A stretch of DNA of 64,000 bases from Candidatus Bathyarchaeota archaeon (GTDB taxonomy: Archaea; Thermoproteota; Bathyarchaeia; 40CM-2-53-6): positions 704,001 to 768,000 of the forward strand of contig CAVTBR010000001.1 of NCBI GenBank assembly GCA_963733055.1, in the 5' to 3' direction. A program made the position numbers and the translations under genes. A model generated the notes under the pieces. The model was not told the DNA's origin, ran no database searches, and worked only from the letters and a program-made list of their open reading frames with translations. Shown piece by piece: positions 58,869 to 64,000 of this stretch (its first letter is position 1; each line of letters opens with the position of its first letter).

Positions 58869-59561
58869 ATGAGCTCAAGCAAGAAGAAGATGACTCGAGG
58901 AGAATTTGGCCTTCAGCTGATTATCTTCGGCCTGGGCTTCTTCTATGCAATAGTCTACTATGTTGCACTGCCAGGAATAGTCGATTTGCAGGCTGTTTCT
59001 GACCAGTTATTGGCCTACTTGACCGCGATGCTCACGGCCACGTTCGCGATCGGAATCATCAACCTCACTCGCGTCCATGTGAACAACATCAAAAGAAAGC
59101 GGGCGACTTGGAGGTACAGCGTGATTCTCCTCGTATCCCTTTACGCAATGGCGATCTTCAGTATGATCGCCTCACCTTACGCGCTGGACCCACAAGCGGC
59201 TGTAATACCAACAAATGTCATTGCCTTCTCAACCCCCATCTGGGAATTCCTGTACTACAAAATTCTTGTGAACATAAACTCAAGCATCTTTTCTCTTCTC
59301 GCCTTCTTCATCGCTTCAGCAGCTTACCGAGCTTTCAAAGCACGATCCTTAGAGTCGACGATTCTGCTAGCCGCAGGCTTACTAGTCGTGCTGGGACAGG
59401 CGCCAATAGCAGATTTGGCGTGGCCAGGATTCAGCGTGATTCGCGACTGGATATTGGCTTTTCCCAACACGGCGGGGCAAAGAGGCATCCTCATCGGCGC
59501 TGCACTAGGAATTCTTGCGTTCAGTGTTCGCAGACTAATCCGGTACCCTTGGGGAGACTAA
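58869..59561 (+). CDS. Uncharacterised multi-pass membrane protein
   Basis: About six TM helices; FSLLAFFIASAAYRAFKARS, PNTAGQRGILIGAALG. Confidence 0.85.
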   Translation: MSSSKKKMTRGEFGLQLIIFGLGFFYAIVYYVALPGIVDLQAVSDQLLAYLTAMLTATFAIGIINLTRVHVNNIKRKRATWRYSVILLVSLYAMAIFSMIASPYALDPQAAVIPTNVIAFSTPIWEFLYYKILVNINSSIFSLLAFFIASAAYRAFKARSLESTILLAAGLLVVLGQAPIADLAWPGFSVIRDWILAFPNTAGQRGILIGAALGILAFSVRRLIRYPWGD

Positions 59562-59565
59562 CAGG

Positions 59566-60414
59566 ATGGCTGCGACAAGTCTCAGATCGGACCCCAGGCT
59601 AGTGTACCTAATCCTGTTGCTAGTTATCACAGTGCCTATTCTTTCACACGCGGTGATTGCTGTTCCAATCGGCCCAACTACGCGTGCATTGTATGATTTC
59701 ATTCAGAACCTGCCGCCCAACAGCCTTGTAATAGAGAGCTTCGATTACGCTACAAGCGTCGTCCCAGAATTGCACCCCCAAGCCATAGTTGTCACACAAC
59801 ATATCTTCATGAGGCCGCTTAAGGTTCTCTTCGTAGCGCTAGATAATAATGGCCCGACACTGGCTGATGCAGTCCTCGACGCGATCAATAAGGGCAATAA
59901 GAGCTACGGTGTCGACTACGCAAACCTTGGATATATTCCCAACACTGCTACGCTAATCGGCATGCCCTCAAACATAGCTCAATTCCTACCACTTGACACG
60001 CACGGTAACCCTACCGCCAGCCTTCCGATCATCAAAGAATTTCCCGCCGCCAAGGACGCGGCGTTGGTAATCACCTTCGACGATGACAGCAGCGCCCTCT
60101 ATTCCTATCTTCAATATTGGCAAGGGCGTTCCAACATCGCGGTTGCGGTTGGAGCTACGGCCACGATAGCCCCAGGCTTCGAGCCGTTCTACAACTCAGG
60201 CCAGCTTGTGGGCATTCTGATCAGCATACGCGGGGCCGCAGAATATGAGTTGCTACTGAGCCAGCAGTATAATTGCTGTTTGGGGATCAGCGGAGCCTCC
60301 TCCGCTATGGTTGCGCTATCTGCGTCCCATTTGCTGATAGTCGCGATGGTCGTATTCGGCAATGTGGCCTATTTCATTGGCCGGCGAAATTCAACTTCGA
60401 AGAGGGCGAAATGA
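59566..60414 (+). CDS. Uncharacterised membrane-anchored alpha/beta protein
   Basis: N- and C-terminal TM helices; YGVDYANLGY, GQLVGIL..IRGAAEYELL. Confidence 0.85.
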   Translation: MAATSLRSDPRLVYLILLLVITVPILSHAVIAVPIGPTTRALYDFIQNLPPNSLVIESFDYATSVVPELHPQAIVVTQHIFMRPLKVLFVALDNNGPTLADAVLDAINKGNKSYGVDYANLGYIPNTATLIGMPSNIAQFLPLDTHGNPTASLPIIKEFPAAKDAALVITFDDDSSALYSYLQYWQGRSNIAVAVGATATIAPGFEPFYNSGQLVGILISIRGAAEYELLLSQQYNCCLGISGASSAMVALSASHLLIVAMVVFGNVAYFIGRRNSTSKRAK

Positions 60415-60417
60415 GAC

Positions 60418-61194
60418 ATGAATCCAATTGATCTGATTGGAGTTGTGGTTGGTGTATTCATTACCCTGATGGTGCTTAGTTTTCTATACAAGGAAAACCC
60501 ATTCTTCCGCTTAACCGAATACTCCTTTATTGGCCTCGCCGCTGGCTACGCCCTCGCCGCTTCCCTACGCCTTTTCGTAAACCAAGCCCTTAACCCAATT
60601 TTCATAGGTGGCGACCTAACATTCGTAGTACCACTGATCCTAGGCTCGCTGTTCTACGCCCAGTTCACAAAGAAGTACTCGTCCCTGTACAGGCTGCCGT
60701 TGAGTTTAGCGATTGGTTACGGTCTAGGGGTCACTATCTGGAGCATATTTGCAACATTTTTCGTGAAACAGGTGACTGCAACAATAATTCCCCTGTATAC
60801 CGGGAACATTCTCACTACCTTCGACAATGTTGTCTTGGTTGCAGGAACTATACTGACCCTCTCCTACTTCATCCTACTCAGAGAGCAGAAAGGAGTCTGG
60901 GGAGGAGTTACAAAAATTGGCAAATATTTGATACTTGCTACTCTTGGCGCTGTCTTCGGAAGCACGGTCTTAGGACGGATGGCAATAATAATTCAGAGAG
61001 TACAATTCCTTGTTGGCGATGCCGCTTTCCCTTGGCGCGCATTAGGAATGGGAACCGCCACTGAAGGCGCCTATGCTCCGATTGGGGTAGTGGCATTTCT
61101 GGCTATTTTCGGTTACTACATGTACAGGGAGAAAAACAAGAGATCAAGTGCTAGTGCTGAAATTAAGCCGAAGGCATCTAAGGCTCAGACTTAG
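60418..61194 (+). CDS. Uncharacterised multi-pass membrane protein
   Basis: SFLYKENPFFRLTEY.FIG.AAGY, LSYF, ATLGAVFGSTVLGRM...RVQFL. Confidence 0.85.
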   Translation: MNPIDLIGVVVGVFITLMVLSFLYKENPFFRLTEYSFIGLAAGYALAASLRLFVNQALNPIFIGGDLTFVVPLILGSLFYAQFTKKYSSLYRLPLSLAIGYGLGVTIWSIFATFFVKQVTATIIPLYTGNILTTFDNVVLVAGTILTLSYFILLREQKGVWGGVTKIGKYLILATLGAVFGSTVLGRMAIIIQRVQFLVGDAAFPWRALGMGTATEGAYAPIGVVAFLAIFGYYMYREKNKRSSASAEIKPKASKAQT

Positions 61195-61456
61195 ACAGTT
61201 CCTCTATTCGGTCGATAATTCTACCTACGTTCTGCTTCTTCATGAAAAGCCCAGTATACTTAGGGCCTTCAAGATCGAAGAGCCATTGCAGGGGACCGAG
61301 GACGACTATTGCCAGCTGCGAAGCAATGAAGGATAGAGGCTTCGTAACCTCAAGGAACATAATTGCGGGTGCTTCAAGCCCCTTACCGACAACGAGCTTA
61401 GCAACGTTGTTGATGAGCTTCTCTTCTTCCTCGTCGGTTAAGTCGAATTCGGACAA
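61178..61456 (-). CDS. Conserved hypothetical small protein
   Basis: LEAPAIMFLE..KPLSFIASQ motif. Confidence 0.75.
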   Translation of the reverse strand: MSEFDLTDEEEEKLINNVAKLVVGKGLEAPAIMFLEVTKPLSFIASQLAIVVLGPLQWLFDLEGPKYTGLFMKKQNVGRIIDRIEELSKSEP

Positions 61457-61479
61457 AGCTCGGCAATCATCTTAACCGA

Positions 61480-62250
61480 CTATACTGAACGGAAGACAGT
61501 CTCTTCAGGGTAGACCTCTATGCCCTCAGCCGTAATCCTGTATGGGCACAATCTATCCGTATGTTTGGCGCCGCGCATTTTGCGAACTTCAAGCGCTTTG
61601 ACGTTAGACTCTTCAACTCGGTACATGTGAAGCACGATTACACCCTGCGCAAGAAATGCTTCAGCACCAAAACGCGTCATGTCCTGCCTGTCTTCTGGGT
61701 TCTCGGCCAACATGATTGTAGTGAGGTTCATCTCCGTCAAATCCTTGATGAGTTTCAGCGTCTGCTGCCTAATTTCAAAATCGTCCTTATACTGCAGGGT
61801 GAGGGCCGAAATTGAGTCAATCACGCAGCGCTTTGCATTCACTTTTTGTTTGACTTCTCTGATCGCGGCCACGACGCTATCGATGTTGAATTTGGCGCCT
61901 CCTAGGAAACTTTGGCCGAGAGATGGTGGGACGAACGTGGAGGGTCTTGCCTCACGTTTTATCGGTGAAGCATCGACGAAGGATATCTTCCCGATCTTCT
62001 CCTGCTCATCGAGATTCCAACCGTACCGTTCACTATTCCCGGTGATAGAATATGGTGGCTCGTCGAATGTGACGTACATCCCGCCCTCCCCATATTCGGT
62101 GGCGCCTTTGTACAAGTATTGAACTCCAAATGTAGTCTTTCCCGTACCTGGCCCGCCAAGCAAGAGAAAACTGAAACCTCTAGGCAAGCCGCCTTCGATT
62201 AGTTCATCGAGACCTTTGATCCCGGTCTTGACTCTTTCACTTTCACTCAA
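61480..62250 (-). CDS. Single-domain KaiC/RAD55-family ATPase
   Basis: RVKTGIKGLDELIEGGLP, GGPGTGKT, VIDSIS, RKMRG. Confidence 0.92.
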   Translation of the reverse strand: MSESERVKTGIKGLDELIEGGLPRGFSFLLLGGPGTGKTTFGVQYLYKGATEYGEGGMYVTFDEPPYSITGNSERYGWNLDEQEKIGKISFVDASPIKREARPSTFVPPSLGQSFLGGAKFNIDSVVAAIREVKQKVNAKRCVIDSISALTLQYKDDFEIRQQTLKLIKDLTEMNLTTIMLAENPEDRQDMTRFGAEAFLAQGVIVLHMYRVEESNVKALEVRKMRGAKHTDRLCPYRITAEGIEVYPEETVFRSV

Positions 62251-62393
62251 CGCGAACACTATCCAATATGGAAACACAATGGTATCCGTCGTGACCTTCC
62301 ATTTTCAAGTTCGCTAGACTGCCCGCTACCCAATAAAAGATACTATAGGCAGGTTCCACATTATGCCCCATTGCATCCGCAAAGGCCCTGCGC

Positions 62394-63935
62394 ATGGAGC
62401 AAATCCGACGACTAGTTCAGGAACTAGCATTGGCAGGATACCAACTAGACCGATCGGCATACGATTATCTCAAAACCATGGAAGAACCGGAGGCATCAAG
62501 ATTCGCAAAAAACGTCATCCTTTCAATCGGCGACAACACCAACACTTCTCACATATTATCACGACAAGAACTACTCGAGATCTCCACACATCCTCTCTTG
62601 GAGCCCCCGCAGGTCCAAACTTCCGTAGCGCGTACCATCCCGGCGAAGCAAATCTCATCGCGATTAGAAGTTCTCAGAGATCCATCCAAGGAGATCGGCA
62701 CTGGGGGCACCATAGATGACTTTTCTCACTATTTCAGAGATAGATTTCAGAAACTCAACCGGACTTTCCGCGAGCGACCAGACTCAAGAGACGCAACAAG
62801 CTTAGCAGTTGCCCTCGGCCAAGAGCAGAACAAGAAGGTAAAGTTCACCGCGATGGTCATGGAGAAGCGAGAAAGACAGCAAAAACTGTTCTTGCAGCTA
62901 GACGATTTGGAAGATACGGCGACGGTTTTGATTTCGCCGGAGGAAAGAGCAGCATATGAGACAGCCCAAAAGATTCCCCTGGATCAAGTAATATGCGTAG
63001 GCGGGGTCCGGGCGAAGGGAGACCTGTTCGTAGCGAAAGAAATTCTACTCCCTGACATTCCAGATCACAAACCACACTTAGCTGAAGAAGACGTGTGGGC
63101 AATCCTGCTCTCCGACCTTCACGTGGGAAGCAAGAAATTCTTGAGCCGAGAGCTAAGCAGAGTTTTCGACTGGCTAAACCTGAAGATCGGAGACCCGAAC
63201 CAACGGGATATCGCCGAACGGACAAAGTATCTGGTAATCTGCGGCGACATTGTCGACGGCATTGGAATTTATCCGCGGCAGGAACATGAATTGGCAATCG
63301 TTGACCTGTATCAGCAGTACCAGGAGGCGGCCAAATATGTTGGCAGGATACCTGACTATATTGAAACCGTCGTGATTCCTGGGAACCACGACCCCGTCAG
63401 ACAGGCCCTTCCTCAACCGCCCATACCAAGGAATTTTGGGGAACCCCTGTATGAATCACGTGAATTAGTCTCTCTCGGAAACCCAGCCGAGGTTTCCTTT
63501 CACGGCGTCAGGTTCCTTCTACACCACGGCAGAAGCCTAGACGATGTGATCTCAAGTGCTCCAAATGTGGACTTCACTCAACCAGAAAAGGCAATGAGGC
63601 TCCAACTCCAGTGTAGGCATTTAGCGTCAGAGTACGGGAACAGGAGCTCCATTTCTCCTGAGAAGGTTGATCATTTAGTGATTGAGAAAGTTCCGGACGT
63701 TTTCCAATCCGGCCACATACACGTAGTTAGGTACGAGAACTACCGCGGCACTCAGATAATCAACTCTGGAGCTTGGCAAGCACAGACTGACTACCAGAAA
63801 AGAGTCGGCTTGGTTCCAACCCCAGGAATATTGACCGCGTTAAACCTGCACACCATGCAGGTTCGCCTGATAAATTTCATCGAACCCGACTCTAGCATCC
63901 CACAGGGATTGGCCCAACAGATCCCAGCGTACTAA
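62394..63935 (+). CDS. polB: DNA polymerase D small (proofreading) subunit DP1
   Basis: YFRDRF, OB fold, LSDLHVGS, GDIVDGIGIYP, PGNHD..RQALPQP, HGRSLDD, GHIH, NSGAWQAQT. Confidence 0.96.
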   Translation: MEQIRRLVQELALAGYQLDRSAYDYLKTMEEPEASRFAKNVILSIGDNTNTSHILSRQELLEISTHPLLEPPQVQTSVARTIPAKQISSRLEVLRDPSKEIGTGGTIDDFSHYFRDRFQKLNRTFRERPDSRDATSLAVALGQEQNKKVKFTAMVMEKRERQQKLFLQLDDLEDTATVLISPEERAAYETAQKIPLDQVICVGGVRAKGDLFVAKEILLPDIPDHKPHLAEEDVWAILLSDLHVGSKKFLSRELSRVFDWLNLKIGDPNQRDIAERTKYLVICGDIVDGIGIYPRQEHELAIVDLYQQYQEAAKYVGRIPDYIETVVIPGNHDPVRQALPQPPIPRNFGEPLYESRELVSLGNPAEVSFHGVRFLLHHGRSLDDVISSAPNVDFTQPEKAMRLQLQCRHLASEYGNRSSISPEKVDHLVIEKVPDVFQSGHIHVVRYENYRGTQIINSGAWQAQTDYQKRVGLVPTPGILTALNLHTMQVRLINFIEPDSSIPQGLAQQIPAY

Positions 63936-64000
63936 TTTCCTAATTGTACCAACGTGAGCCTGGCGCCGTACTCTGCATGGTCTCGATGTGGTCACCATTT

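Noticed and set aside
62260-62365. Possible ORB/replication-origin boxes upstream of DP1 (TCCAATATGGAAAC, GTTCCAC)
   Set aside because: Poor match to the ORB consensus, no G-string, no AT-rich unwinding element and no cdc6 gene in the window.
962-63416. Numerous 60-210 aa antisense or alternate-frame ORFs in the track (e.g. 2631..3134, 32224..32766, 50826..51458, 56429..56932)
   Set aside because: They are shadows of well-supported genes and have no recognisable motifs or RBS.
1-64000. tRNA, rRNA, CRISPR arrays, transposases
   Set aside because: I saw no cloverleaf with a T-loop in intergenic gaps, no periodic repeats and no DDE/HUH/integrase ORFs. This was a manual inspection only.

Overview
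Gene-dense archaeal chromosomal window. PolD small subunit, aIF-1, GGAGGTGA ribosome-binding sites, CFI-box/PEF-CTERM surface proteins and frequent TTG/GTG starts point to a TACK archaeon, probably Bathyarchaeia (inference). Recognisable modules: a complete split NHEJ locus (LigD phosphoesterase, ligase, PrimPol, Ku) with an embedded DUF72 gene; an 11-gene group 4 [NiFe]-hydrogenase/complex I-like operon with a fused double antiporter subunit; sugar-acid, F420-dependent and peptide/amino-acid catabolic genes; an ABC-2 exporter; an atypical CysRS; and an uncharacterised four-gene membrane cassette (DUF6754-like). Several signals are absent from the ORF track. The same 26-aa micro-ORF (MAKKRKVKMSLGKEHDKNVRQEEMVA) occurs twice, 13.3 kb apart, with only silent differences, a strong RBS and a conserved, identically spaced upstream promoter block. 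There is also a ~225-nt highly structured non-coding element at 12331-12556, a palindrome array upstream of an orphan tail-fibre/S74 gene, and several Cys-rich metal-binding microproteins. About eight apparent frameshifts, one in CysRS, are most likely consensus errors. I saw no tRNA, rRNA, CRISPR array or transposase. Family names come from motif recognition, not database searches.
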